64,000 bases of DNA from Balanoglossus misakiensis (lineage: Eukaryota; Animalia; Hemichordata): the NCBI GenBank assembly GCA_040954595.2, contig CM082587.2, positions 8,809,403 through 8,873,402 of the forward strand, in the 5' to 3' direction. Made by a program: the position numbers and the translations under genes. Shown in pieces: positions 50,501 through 61,361 of this stretch (position 1 is the first letter of the stretch; each line of letters begins with the position of its first letter). The notes below the pieces were generated by a model that searched no databases, was not told where the DNA came from, and worked only from the letters and a program-made list of their open reading frames with translations.

Positions 50501-50837
50501 TACATATATCATGGTTATTGAAAAGTGCATTCTGGACTTCTGATATTCATCCCATCGAAGTCCTTTTCGAAATACCTCTATATGTAAAAAAATCTGCCTA
50601 AAATTTAGCATAACTTAAAAAAATCCGTGAAAATCCACAGGCAAAATAAAATGTTCTTGTTGGAGTACTCACTTGAGGTAGCAAAAGATGAACAGGGCAA
50701 TGGATAGGAAGATGACACCTATTGCATTCCCGATGATATAAATTAGTGACGCTGCTAGGTTAACCCCATGTACAACTTGCTGAAAGAACAAAATATCACA
50801 ATGCGAGCGATTAATTAAGGTACATTATGATGGCACT

Positions 50838-50971
50838 TATACTCTCTCACAGCCCCTCTTGTCGTCCATGCAGACTTATAGTCTGATTGCATGGGGCTTC
50901 TCCTTTGCTAAATGGTTGAGGGCGCGTAAGTGAAGAGCCTTGTAGAGAACCGTGGGCTGTGAGAGAGTCTA
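50838..50971. mobile_element. 134-bp MITE with TA(G/T)...CTA termini and a 9-bp TSD (AcademH-like non-autonomous element)
   Basis: gatggcact|tatactctctcacagccc ... gggctgtgagagagtcta|gatggcact. Confidence 0.85.
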
Positions 50972-51448
50972 GATGGCACTATAGTATGTTGCAATATTCT
51001 GAGTAAATTATTTGAAGAACGATGTTTGAAATTCAGCTTTTGTTAGTATGACATTCAAGCTGTCAGTACAATAAAGCTGAGTTTAAAAAAGAGTGCACAT
51101 TACAACTCAAAACTACCAAAAAGTTATTTTGTGTGTTGCGCTATGAAAACGCGTGCGGCGTCCTGATGCAAACGAATTTTGTTGGTAACACTGGTTCGTA
51201 CTATACAGAATCCATGCGAACTAGGAAGACTTGTATGTTTGTTTAGAAAGTTGACACAAACATTGGATTACAGAGTATAACATAAAAGCCTTGTTATAAA
51301 ACAGAAGGCCTTCCTGTTCCTCCGTCTTGTAGTCTTCTCGAGATCAAGTTTACATTTGTCAATTCACAACATCATTTTGGTTGTATTCGTGCCATTCTGC
51401 ATGGTCTTTCATTTTCTCAAACTATTGCAGAGACAAACCTGTCAATAA

Positions 51449-51977
51449 CTACATGAGGTGGACAATTCTGAGTGATTTACTGGAAGAGAACAAAAATATG
51501 CAAGGTTTCTGCGTATGACACAGATTTGGTGTTGGTTTAGAGGTATAAAAAAAATGAGAAATCAGATGTAGAAACTGTAGCTGTGCCACAATTGGCGGAA
51601 CTAGGAATCTTTATGTGACAAATATATAATTCATTTGTAGAAACGACTTTCCAACGAGAGCTACTGCTGTTTTGTGTAAAATAATTTGTTTAACCGATAG
51701 TAAGCAACGTTAAACTAGCGGCTTCTCACTTAACTAAATTATCTTTGAAAATCATTATGTTTTACACTTTGAGTATGTTGCACTGTTTCGTCGCGAGTGA
51801 CTGGCCTGGTCACATACACATCCATGTCCCTTTCTGTCAATGGTGGCGCTGTGCCCCCGGCCCTAGATTATACATCAATTACCGTGCGAGCGTTGACCGT
51901 TTACCACTTAAACCACAACGTACAAAAGCTTTAATCTTCCGTAAGTACTCAAGAAAGAGTGGATACACCAGAGAAAA
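51449..51977 (-). CDS. Candidate downstream exons of the GPCR-like gene (51883-51977 and 51449-51479) ending in an early stop
   Basis: ttttag|FSLVYPLFLEYLRKIKAFVRCGLSGKRSTLAR|gtaatt (phase 0/2), then a strong acceptor ttgttctcttccag|KSLRIVHLM*. The phases match the class B TM1/TM2 exon pattern, but the peptide is not a good TM helix. Confidence 0.4.
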
Positions 51978-52064
51978 CTAAAACACTCTCAAACATGATT
52001 TACTTTGGACTCCAAGGAACATACTAGTAGGTCATGTGCCTTTAGAAAGTTAACTTCTACTTAC

Positions 52065-52183
52065 ATTGATGGGTGGTTCCTTTGTTGTTGCCACAAATAA
52101 GTCATAGTATAAGCACAGTGTGTAGGAAAGATTGGACGTGTGCCATTCTCCATTGCTGTTGCACAGTCTAAAGGCTTGGTATC
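52065..52183 (-). CDS. Class B1 GPCR ectodomain exon, second half
   Basis: tttctgttcag|...|gtaagt, 119 nt, phase 1/0. It reads RYQAFRLCNSNGEWHTSNLSYTLCLYYDLFVATTKEPPIN (R.C..NG.W...Y..C) and splices in frame to 52688-52792. Confidence 0.88.
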
Positions 52184-52687
52184 CTGAACAGAAAAATAAC
52201 TATTATGATGGACTAGGAAACACAGAAAGCAAAGAAATGTCTAATGGTTTGGTACATCATAAATCCTGTTTGTATCGAAAGTTCCCATAGCTACTGAACG
52301 GTCAGATGATACGTTATTCCAAGCCTTACTAGTTCTACTAGTATTCGGGGTTCATGACAGTTGTATTGTTCTGTGAAGATACATTTTGTAAATGTGAGAA
52401 ATAGTCCGACCACATTTGTACCCCACGATGCCATTATCAAGCCTGATTCAGCATTCATTGAATGCCAGCATGCAAGGTATAATCCTAATAACGATGACCC
52501 TAACTCGAACAGCGCTACCGTAGTGAATTACGTATGAGCACACACATATATATAACAGTCAAATCCACGAAAGAAAGATATATGGACCTCTTGCAAGTCT
52601 CGCTGTCAAAAGAGTTAGAAGTCAAAACCTCAAAACAAAAATCAGTAATGCCATCAGCGAACATTTTACTGAGAGATACAAACTTAC

Positions 52688-52792
52688 TGCCTTCAGTTTC
52701 TGGGGTCCCAGGACAATTGACATACACAGTGGTATTGACTGGAGAAGGTGGCCAGCAGATAAGTCCGTCGAAGTGGCGAGCGCAGTGTGGTC
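52688..52792 (-). CDS. Class B1 (secretin-family) GPCR hormone-binding ectodomain exon, first half
   Basis: ttctatttaag|...|gtaagt, 105 nt, phase 1/1. It reads PHCARHFDGLICWPPSPVNTTVYVNCPGTPETEG, matching the C...FDG..CWP.......V.CP signature. Confidence 0.88.
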
Positions 52793-54022
52793 CTTAAATA
52801 GAACAGAAATTACATGTTTCCATAAACGATTATTGTAATTACACTGATGTATCTGTATATGTACATGAACAACGCATTTCTTTGAAAATGTTTGAGTAAG
52901 TCTGATCAATATACAAAGAAAATGGATTCAGCTGCACAGAAGGAATGTACTGACCATAGATTTTTTCAATCAACAGAAGAAAAAAGAAACATGCTTTGCC
53001 AGTCAAGGGGAAAATAAAAAAAGCCTCATGTGGTTGAAATGTTTACTTACAGGTGAATTAGTGAAAACGATAGGTGCACATTGTGACGAAAGCACAAATG
53101 TGGCTAAACATGTAAACTAATCAATTTTAAGTCAAATGGTTGATCAATGTGCTGTTCATAATTTGCCATCCAATGAAAAAATCCGAACTGCCCTCCAGTA
53201 TTCCATTCTTACCCAATCCCTACACATTTTGGTAATCCCCCCCCCTCAGAAAGTTTTGGAGAGTCCCCGGTCCCGTGGGGAAAAACTGTCCACTGTAAAA
53301 AAGGATATGATCCCGCGCCTCGTCGAGATGTATAAAGGCTTTCTAAAGGTTTTCATCCCGAACATAATCAATGTGAATAACTCATACCGACGTCTTTGAT
53401 CAGTATTTTTGTGAACTTTGGACCGTGAATATAAATTTCATTCCTGTACTGTTTCCCCTTTTCATTTTACAGGTAACTTTTGCCCGTTCCCTCAACGCAC
53501 CCGACCCAACATTCATTGATGTGTGATGCCATGCCGGCCGACGTCTAACCCTCAAAAAGGTTTGTACAATCAACTTGTGCCTCACCGTCACGTATCACGT
53601 GAGGACATTCTGTTCATATGTGGTTTAGAGTAAGTAAGCAAACAACGCTATCGGTCGTTATAGTGAATTCATTTCAAATTCGATTGAAGAAACATGGCCC
53701 TTGACTGCACTATACCTCATGCTTATCACGGTTTCAAAATTTCATTGCATGAAAATAGTTCAACCAGCCACTCCTTACAGCCTTTTCTAACATTCAAAGC
53801 TTATTTACATAAAAAGACTGAACAACTTCCAGCCAATTTCGTGGGAAACTAGTTCTCGTATCGCGCTCAACCCCGAGGTACCTATCATGAGATGCATACT
53901 AGAGTTCTGCGAGGCACGCCAAAAAGCCACGACCCCAATTTGGACTGGAATTGATGCTGTTTTCTGTCCCCATTTTAAATTTTGGACCTTTGGCCCGGGT
54001 CAAATGCCTAACATTAACGTGT

Positions 54023-54553
54023 TGTTACGATCTGTATAAAGGTCAAATACGATTTCAAGGGTTAATTAATCCAGAGCTCGGGAATGTCAATGTTTGATAG
54101 TATTTGATTTTATGTATTTGAAGTAGATAGGGAGAGCGGGTGTTTAACTGACTGCTCTGATTCTCAATCATCACCGAACTGACTTTGTTATATAACACTT
54201 TATGTAAATTGGTACGTATAGAGTTGAGTTGATGCCCAATGAAATTGTAACACATTGTATTTGTGATATTTTACATGGTTAACCACGCCTTGAGAAAAGT
54301 AATTATAAGAGAACCTTGTTTCCAAAGTTGGAGAAGAATAATCTAACGGGAGATGGGAGTACCTCAGGCTACTGAGCTCGTTCCCTTCCTCATGTACTTT
54401 ACTGGGCGTATTTGATGTACTATATAATTCCGGACAATAAATGAACGTGAATCAGATACGTGTCTCCGTGGATCACTGTTCTCGTCAGAGCCCGATACCT
54501 CATCGCTACAGATTCCCCGATGCATGAACAATCATGAGAAACCAGCCGTAATA
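54023..54553 (+). repeat. 5' LTR of element B (TG...TA termini)
   Basis: tgttacg...cgtaata; AATAAA at 54436-54441. Confidence 0.95.
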
Positions 54554-54555
54554 CA

Positions 54556-54574
54556 TGGTGGAGATACGTGGGTA
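54556..54574 (+). promoter_or_regulatory. Primer binding site, tRNA-Ala-like
   Basis: TGGTGGAGAT, 2 nt after the LTR, complements ATCTCCACCA of tRNA-Ala. The match is imperfect beyond 10 nt. Confidence 0.75.
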
Positions 54575-54630
54575 GACGAAACAAATCCATCGGAGACAGA
54601 AACGGCGACGTCCAGCGGAAAGATTACAGC

Positions 54631-57600
54631 ATGGATCGCGAGATGCTAAACGACATGAACAGTCAAATATCGGAAATACGACAGGTTACACTCAGAGCTG
54701 GAGGTCAGGTAGGCCCAGGTTTCTTTTCGGGTACAGAGACTGAGAATGCACACCGATGGTGGAAAAAATATATAGACTTTGCTGACTTTAAGCAATGGTC
54801 AGACGAGAAACGGCTTAAAGGAATCGGACTATATTTGACTGGTGAAGCGGAGCGATGGTTCTACAGACTGTCTGCTGAAAAGAAAAATGACTTGACGACA
54901 CTGCAAAATGTCTTCCTCGCTCGTTTTGATAAGTGCGGTCCGATGTGGCTGTATAACGAGAAACTATTTCGCCTGAAGCAACTGCCGGACCAGACTGTTG
55001 AACAATATGCGGAATTAATATGCGAAAAAGCAGAAAAAGCGAAAAAGACTGATGAGGAAATACTATCTTTCTTCATGAACGGACTGAGACCGGACATACT
55101 AAAGTTCGTAGCGGGAATGACACCTAAGGACTTCGAAACAGCGTACAAACATGCTCGAACAGCAGAGGTCGTGGCAGGATTACCAGAGACAGACGAGCCA
55201 GAAGCGGGTCTTTTACAACAAATCTCAACACGGATTGACGAGATGAAACAAGAAGATGAAGAAATGAAGACCAAATCAAGCGCGGCAGATCATCGAGGAC
55301 GATCGACAAAAAGAGAGAAGAAATCGCCGAATTACAGAGCAAGAGAACGAACAATAGACTATAAGGTAAAGAGGAACAGATATAATTTTACTGGGCACTC
55401 TACCCAACGTTTTCCTCGACATAGTCAATTTAATTCCCGTGCATGTTTTAATTGTGGGCGTTACGATCATATAGCTAGAAATTGTTCAAAATATGCGTTC
55501 TCTGGAAATGTTTCGAAGCCTAGTCGGAAATTTTATTTTGATGGATCGTCCGACAGCAGGTCATGTGCAGGTGTAAATGCACTCGGGAAAGAGGGTGCCT
55601 ATAATGTTAAAGATGGTGTAAACTTTGTTAACAAAGATGGGTGTGCTTTTCATGAGAATGTTATTCCAATTTCAATATGTCATGAAAAAGTGACGTCATT
55701 AATTGATACTGGAGCACATATTACTGTAGCTCCTATTCGGTTGTTAGAGCTTATTCCCGCTCTAAAGAATTATCCGATGTTCAAGTCCAGATATAATTGT
55801 GTACATACAGCACACGAAGACAAATTGAAGGTAATTGGATTTATGAAAATACCTGCTTTTATTGGGAATAAGCGTGTATTACTGTATGTTAATTTAGTTG
55901 AGTCTCTTCAGCATAATCTGATTTTGGGACTTGATTTTATGAAGCGTTATAGAGCTGTTATTGATTTCAAGGGTAATATTTTAAGATTACAATCAGACGT
56001 ACCGTTAAGAACAAATGTTGATGTTAACATTTCACCTGGAAGTGAAATGGTTATTCCAGTGAAAGTACCGTATAAATATCTTACTGGAGTTTTAGGTTGT
56101 ATTTGTGATAAACGAACACGCTTAACCCCGGGTATTTTGGTAGCTAAGGGTTTGGCCTATTCGAATAAGAATTTTCTTCCCATGCGAGTTGTAAACACTT
56201 TGGATACTGTGGTCAAAATTAAGAAAAACAGTGTTGTTGGAATGTTTTCGCCCTTGCCCCGTAATAGTGAAATAGTCCCACTCGATAATACTGCCGTTAA
56301 TTGTGTCTCACCTCAAGGGCCCCGTACACAGAAAGAGACGGATTATTTGATGGGTCAATTGAAATTTAATGAATTAGAGATAACTAAGGCACAGCGTAAA
56401 CAGCTTAGAGATGTTTTACTGCACAATATGGAAGCTTTTGTTGATTCTAGTGGTCGTTTAGGCAACTGTGATGTAATCAAACATACAATACGATTACAAG
56501 AGGGTGCTGCCCCGTTCCGTCGCCCACCTTACCGAGTAACGCCTGAGAAAAGGCGTGAACTTGAGCGACAAGTTGATCAGCTGTTAGAACAAAATATTAT
56601 CGAGCCGTCCACTTCACCGTTTGCTAGTCCAGTAGTTTTAGTCAAAAAGCCTGATGGTTCGTGGCGTTTTTGCACAGATTTCCGTCATTTGAATAATATT
56701 ACAGTGCCTGATTCGTTTCCCTTACCTAGAACTGACGAATCTCTTGAAATGTTAGGCAAGAATAAGCCTCAGTATTTTTCGACGCTTGATTTACAGTCAG
56801 GATTTTTTCAATTGGAATTAGATGAAGAGAGCAGACCAAAAACAGCTTTTGTCACACATCAAGGGTTATATCAATACAGGAGACTTGCCCAGGGGTTGCG
56901 AAATAGTCCCAGTTGTTTTCAGCGTACTATGCAACACGTGTTACGCAATATTATGTGGCAATATGTGTTATGTTATATCGATGATATTATTATATTTAGC
57001 AGCTCTTTTGAGGAGCATCTTCAACACATTGATACTGTCCTAACCAGGTTACGTCAAGCTGGATTGAAATTAAAGCCCAGCAAATGTCAATTTATGAGAA
57101 AGAGTGTTAAATTTTTGGGTCATATTATCAGTAAGGATGGAATTGCGGTTGACGAGAGTAAAGTAACAGCTGTTAAAGAATATCCCCGTCCTCATACTGT
57201 CACACAGCTGAAATCATTTTTGGGGTTGGCCAATTATTATAGAAAGTTTATAAAGAATTTCTCGATCATTGCAAGGCCTCTGCATAAATTGTTGGGAAAG
57301 GACACGAAATTTGAATGGAATGATCGATGCGAACATGCATTCGAGAAATTAAAACATGTCCTGTGTCAAGCACCAATTCTAGGGTATCCTGATATGAATG
57401 AAAATTTCACAATTTATACCGATAGTTCCACTCATGCCCTGGGGTTTGTTTTAGCTCAACGACAGAATGGTGTTGAACGAGTGATTTTATATGGGGGTCG
57501 AAGTTTAAACTGTCACGAAAGAAATTACTCAATTACAGAATTGGAAGCTTTGGCCGTCATTCATGCTATCCGACAATGTGATCACTATGTACGGAGCAAC

Positions 57601-59805
57601 CATGTCACTATAGTGACTGATCACTCCAATCTGACTTACATGTTTAAACAGAAAATACCAAGGGGGCGTATTGGCCGTTGGATAATGACCATGCAGCAGT
57701 ACGATTACGAAATTATCTATAGACCTGGTAAGAAACACATGAATGCTGACGGGTTGTCAAGGAGACCATATCAACAATGTGAGGGGTACAAGTCTGACGT
57801 CACTGATTTAGAGCATGCGCCTGAAATGAATTACAAGCCTAACAGTCAGCCAATGGTAGATAAGTGTGTAAACACTGAGCCCATAAACTCACCTTGTATA
57901 AATAATATACATACAGGGCAACAAACCGAACCTAGGGTTCATAATTCTGCTAATAGTGAGGACACATCTGGGTATGGGATTTTACTTAACAGTTCTAACG
58001 ACACTTCTAACACTGACGTGGAGGAAAATGCTTCCAACACTGAAGTGGATAAAACATTCGACAGTGAGGTGCAATCACGAATGAAGGGAGAACAGAGAAA
58101 GGATAATTATTTGAGTAAATTTCTTAATTATTTAGAGAATGATGAGTTACCAACTGATCAAAAGTTAGCTCGTAATTTTGTTAGTATGGCTCCAAATTAC
58201 GACATTGTTGACGGGGTTTTGTATCATTTTTGGAAACCCACGGGGAAATCAGCTGGTAAATTAGATTGTGTTAGACAGGTTGTGATACCTAAGTCCTTAA
58301 GAAATTATGTTCTGTGGTGGGCTCATGATTGTGTTTTAGCGGGACATTTGGGATACAGTAAAACGTTGGGAGTTTTAAGACAGAGGTATTTTTGGGAAAG
58401 GATGCCCCGGGATGTTAATATGTACGTAAAGACATGCGCACATTGTCACACACGAAAGAGAGCCACACCCCCTACTCATGCTAAGTTGTTACCTATTCCA
58501 GTATCAGGACCCTGGGACCGACTGGGTATGGATATTGTGGGACCCCTCCCTAGAACGTATGATGGTCATAAATACATCTTAGTACTTACTGATTACTTTA
58601 CTAAATTTCCACTAGCATATCCATTACGTAATGCACGAGCTGAGACAGTCGCTAAGATCTTGTTTGATGAAGTAATTGCTACTTATGGCAGCCCCAGAGT
58701 TTTGCTGAGTGATCAGGGATCGAATTTTTTATCCCAAGTAGTTCGTGAAACTTGCAAATTTTTCAACATCCAGAGGAAAGTTTCGACCCCGTATCGTCCA
58801 CAGACTAATGGCCTTACAGAGCGTTTCAATGGTTGCCTAGTCGACATGCTGTCCATGTTTGTCGATAGTAAACAGAAAGATTGGGATCGGTACCTAAGTT
58901 CAGTGCTTTTCGCTTATAGAGTTAGCCCTCAAGAGTCCAGTGGGTTCAGCCCGTATTATCTGTTATACGGTCGGCATCCAACATTGCCCATGGATGTTGA
59001 GTTTCAGCCAGTTGAGGGGAGGACGAGAAATATAGATACACACCTTAAACATTTAGCTGCTAAAAGGGAGATAGCTCATAAAATCGCCAAAGAGAATATT
59101 GATCGATATCAACAGAATATGAAGGACCGTTATGATCAAAATATCCAACGGTCACAAAATCTTAAAGTGGGGGATCCTGTATATTTATACACACCATCTG
59201 TTAAACCAGGAGTTAATAAGAAATTCGTACATAAGTGGACAGGTCCTTACATTATTTCTGAGAAGGTGGGTCCTGTTAATTACAAGTTGCGTTTCATAAA
59301 TAGCACCAGGAATTATCGTAAAGTCATACATGTGAATAGACTAAAAAGAGCTTATTTGCGCCCCTCTGAGTTTGACTCATCCTCATCTGATGAGTCGTGT
59401 GAAGAAAACGATGTCCCAGAAACCACAAATTATGAAAATGGGACCGAAATATGTCAAAGTCCAGAAGCAGAAACATATGCAGAATCAGAAAATGGTTCTG
59501 ATCAAATTGAGGGATTGGGATTGAGAGATTTGTCGTCAAGGACAAATCCCAGTGCTTTCGATGAAACTGACAACAATGGAAATTGTCAGACTAATGCTTC
59601 TGAGCCATTTTACGATATAGACAATGTGTTAAAGGGTCGATATAGAAATGGGAAATTACAGTATTTGGTTAAGTGGAAGAATTATTCAAACAAACATAAT
59701 ACGTGGGAGGATGAAGACAATTTGAACGAAACTGCGAAAGAGTATTTGATAAGAAATCCTGTAAAGATACAAGGGAAACAGGTTATAGCACATTTGCACA
59801 TTTAA
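54631..59805 (+). CDS. gag-pol: Single-ORF Gag-Pol polyprotein: capsid, CCHC, protease, RT, RNase H, integrase, GPY/F, chromodomain
   Basis: The ORF is open from 54568 and the first ATG is at 54631. Motifs: YLTGEAERW, CFNCGRYDHIARNC, LIDTGA, YIDD, TDSS, H..GH..CAHC, MDI/SDQG/ERFN, WTGPY, FYDIDNVL...YLVKWKNY....NTWE. Confidence 0.96.
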   Translation: MDREMLNDMNSQISEIRQVTLRAGGQVGPGFFSGTETENAHRWWKKYIDFADFKQWSDEKRLKGIGLYLTGEAERWFYRLSAEKKNDLTTLQNVFLARFDKCGPMWLYNEKLFRLKQLPDQTVEQYAELICEKAEKAKKTDEEILSFFMNGLRPDILKFVAGMTPKDFETAYKHARTAEVVAGLPETDEPEAGLLQQISTRIDEMKQEDEEMKTKSSAADHRGRSTKREKKSPNYRARERTIDYKVKRNRYNFTGHSTQRFPRHSQFNSRACFNCGRYDHIARNCSKYAFSGNVSKPSRKFYFDGSSDSRSCAGVNALGKEGAYNVKDGVNFVNKDGCAFHENVIPISICHEKVTSLIDTGAHITVAPIRLLELIPALKNYPMFKSRYNCVHTAHEDKLKVIGFMKIPAFIGNKRVLLYVNLVESLQHNLILGLDFMKRYRAVIDFKGNILRLQSDVPLRTNVDVNISPGSEMVIPVKVPYKYLTGVLGCICDKRTRLTPGILVAKGLAYSNKNFLPMRVVNTLDTVVKIKKNSVVGMFSPLPRNSEIVPLDNTAVNCVSPQGPRTQKETDYLMGQLKFNELEITKAQRKQLRDVLLHNMEAFVDSSGRLGNCDVIKHTIRLQEGAAPFRRPPYRVTPEKRRELERQVDQLLEQNIIEPSTSPFASPVVLVKKPDGSWRFCTDFRHLNNITVPDSFPLPRTDESLEMLGKNKPQYFSTLDLQSGFFQLELDEESRPKTAFVTHQGLYQYRRLAQGLRNSPSCFQRTMQHVLRNIMWQYVLCYIDDIIIFSSSFEEHLQHIDTVLTRLRQAGLKLKPSKCQFMRKSVKFLGHIISKDGIAVDESKVTAVKEYPRPHTVTQLKSFLGLANYYRKFIKNFSIIARPLHKLLGKDTKFEWNDRCEHAFEKLKHVLCQAPILGYPDMNENFTIYTDSSTHALGFVLAQRQNGVERVILYGGRSLNCHERNYSITELEALAVIHAIRQCDHYVRSNHVTIVTDHSNLTYMFKQKIPRGRIGRWIMTMQQYDYEIIYRPGKKHMNADGLSRRPYQQCEGYKSDVTDLEHAPEMNYKPNSQPMVDKCVNTEPINSPCINNIHTGQQTEPRVHNSANSEDTSGYGILLNSSNDTSNTDVEENASNTEVDKTFDSEVQSRMKGEQRKDNYLSKFLNYLENDELPTDQKLARNFVSMAPNYDIVDGVLYHFWKPTGKSAGKLDCVRQVVIPKSLRNYVLWWAHDCVLAGHLGYSKTLGVLRQRYFWERMPRDVNMYVKTCAHCHTRKRATPPTHAKLLPIPVSGPWDRLGMDIVGPLPRTYDGHKYILVLTDYFTKFPLAYPLRNARAETVAKILFDEVIATYGSPRVLLSDQGSNFLSQVVRETCKFFNIQRKVSTPYRPQTNGLTERFNGCLVDMLSMFVDSKQKDWDRYLSSVLFAYRVSPQESSGFSPYYLLYGRHPTLPMDVEFQPVEGRTRNIDTHLKHLAAKREIAHKIAKENIDRYQQNMKDRYDQNIQRSQNLKVGDPVYLYTPSVKPGVNKKFVHKWTGPYIISEKVGPVNYKLRFINSTRNYRKVIHVNRLKRAYLRPSEFDSSSSDESCEENDVPETTNYENGTEICQSPEAETYAESENGSDQIEGLGLRDLSSRTNPSAFDETDNNGNCQTNASEPFYDIDNVLKGRYRNGKLQYLVKWKNYSNKHNTWEDEDNLNETAKEYLIRNPVKIQGKQVIAHLHI

Positions 59806-60817
59806 ATCTATGGACAGAGAAATATATGCGTAACAGAAAAAAACGGAAAAGGGAGACACGTGGTTGAGTGAATTGAAAATGTGAATATGACTGAGAGGTA
59901 TGAGTGTTGGCCGGCCTGTATGAGTGAGTGTACGATTGGCGTGTCCCTTGATTCGTTTAATGTTACGTAAGTTGTCGAATGACATTTTATTATCCGTTGT
60001 TTGCTGAGTTTAGTTGTAAGTGCTGTGCAACCTGGTTCCCGTGTCACTCTGTTTAAATGTGTTTATGTATTTAAGTTGTAAAGAAATTACCAGTGAAGTT
60101 TGAAGTTGCAGAGATTTTAACACTGGAGAAAAATGTTGAGAGTTGAATTTGCCTTTCGTTTGATGACCTAAATATAGATGGTCCAATTTGTGTAAATAGC
60201 CCCTTTTAATGGCTATGTGTTTGTATAAAGAAACCAAAGAAAATCCGATTTTCGAATGAAGAAAATGCCATTTTCGAAGTTGTAAAGAGTGGATTTTTGA
60301 CAAAACGCTAAGATGTTTCAGTTTTAATTTTTTAAAGGTTATTGAATTTGCCCGACATGACGTAACTCGAGAATAAGGAATGTCGGATGATCGTTCGATG
60401 TAAAAGAATGCAAGAGTGTTTCTTTTGAGTCAATAAGACAACATATATTTAGATTGTGTTCAATGATGGATACAACGTTTTATGGGTTTACAGAAGGAGT
60501 TGCGATTTTATTGTTTATATTAGTAGGTGGATAGGTGTGCGAAGGTTTTATGTGCACATACTATTTTAAGTTTATATGTACTTTTATTCTGTAGTAATTT
60601 TTGGATTGTAATTTTATATATTTTTAAGACGATCACTTCATAGACATGACTAGATTTTTTTTTCAAATATTTTACTTCAATTTTGTTATATATATTGTAC
60701 TCTTACATTTCAAAATCATACGGTACATCTTAATATACTCTTGGGATGGAACTGAACGATTACCCTTGGTGTACTGCTCTTTAAGAGATTTGTGTCCAAT
60801 GCGGGACGCATTGGTTT

Positions 60818-60830
60818 AAAAGGAGGGGAG
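60818..60830 (+). promoter_or_regulatory. Polypurine tract of element B
   Basis: AAAAGGAGGGGAG immediately precedes the 3' LTR. Confidence 0.9.
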
Positions 60831-61361
60831 TGTTACGATCTGTATAAAGGTCAAATACGATTTCAAGGGTTAATTAATCCAGAGCTCGGGAATGTCAATG
60901 TTTGATAGTATTTGATTTTATGTATTTGAAGTAGATAGGGAGAGCGGGTGTTTAACTGACTGCTCTGATTCTCAATCATCACCGAACTGACTTTGTTATA
61001 TAACACTTTATGTAAATTGGTACGTATAGAGTTGAGTTGATGCCCAATGAAATTGTAACACATTGTATTTGTGATATTTTACATGGTTAACCACGCCTTG
61101 AGAAAAGTAATTATAAGAGAACCTTGTTTCCAAAGTTGGAGAAGAATAATCTAACGGGAGATGGGAGTACCTCAGGCTACTGAGCTCGTTCCCTTCCTCA
61201 TGTACTTTACTGGGCGTATTTGATGTACTATATAATTCCGGACAATAAATGAACGTGAATCAGATACGTGTCTCCGTGGATCACTGTTCTCGTCAGAGCC
61301 CGATACCTCATCGCTACAGATTCCCCGATGCATGAACAATCATGAGAAACCAGCCGTAATA
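60831..61361 (+). repeat. 3' LTR of element B
   Basis: Same sequence as 54023-54553 (offset 6808). The same 66-aa minus-strand ORF appears in both LTRs in the ORF track. Confidence 0.95.

Larger units (their letters stand above)
54023..61361 (+). mobile_element. Full-length intact Ty3/Gypsy LTR retrotransposon B with a chromodomain integrase
   Basis: Two 531-bp LTRs identical by eye, TSD GTGT (54019-54022 and 61362-61365), PBS, a single 1745-aa ORF and a PPT. Confidence 0.97.

Noticed and set aside
53388-53591. Signal-peptide exon of the GPCR-like gene
   Set aside because: The MKFIFTV frame hits a stop before the donor, and the other frames lack a hydrophobic signal.
54055-54255. Duplicated 66-aa minus-strand ORF (also 60863-61063)
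   Set aside because: It is a by-product of LTR identity and has no recognisable motif.
59806-60817. env gene (errantivirus-like) in element B
   Set aside because: There is no long plus-strand ORF, signal peptide or TM segment.
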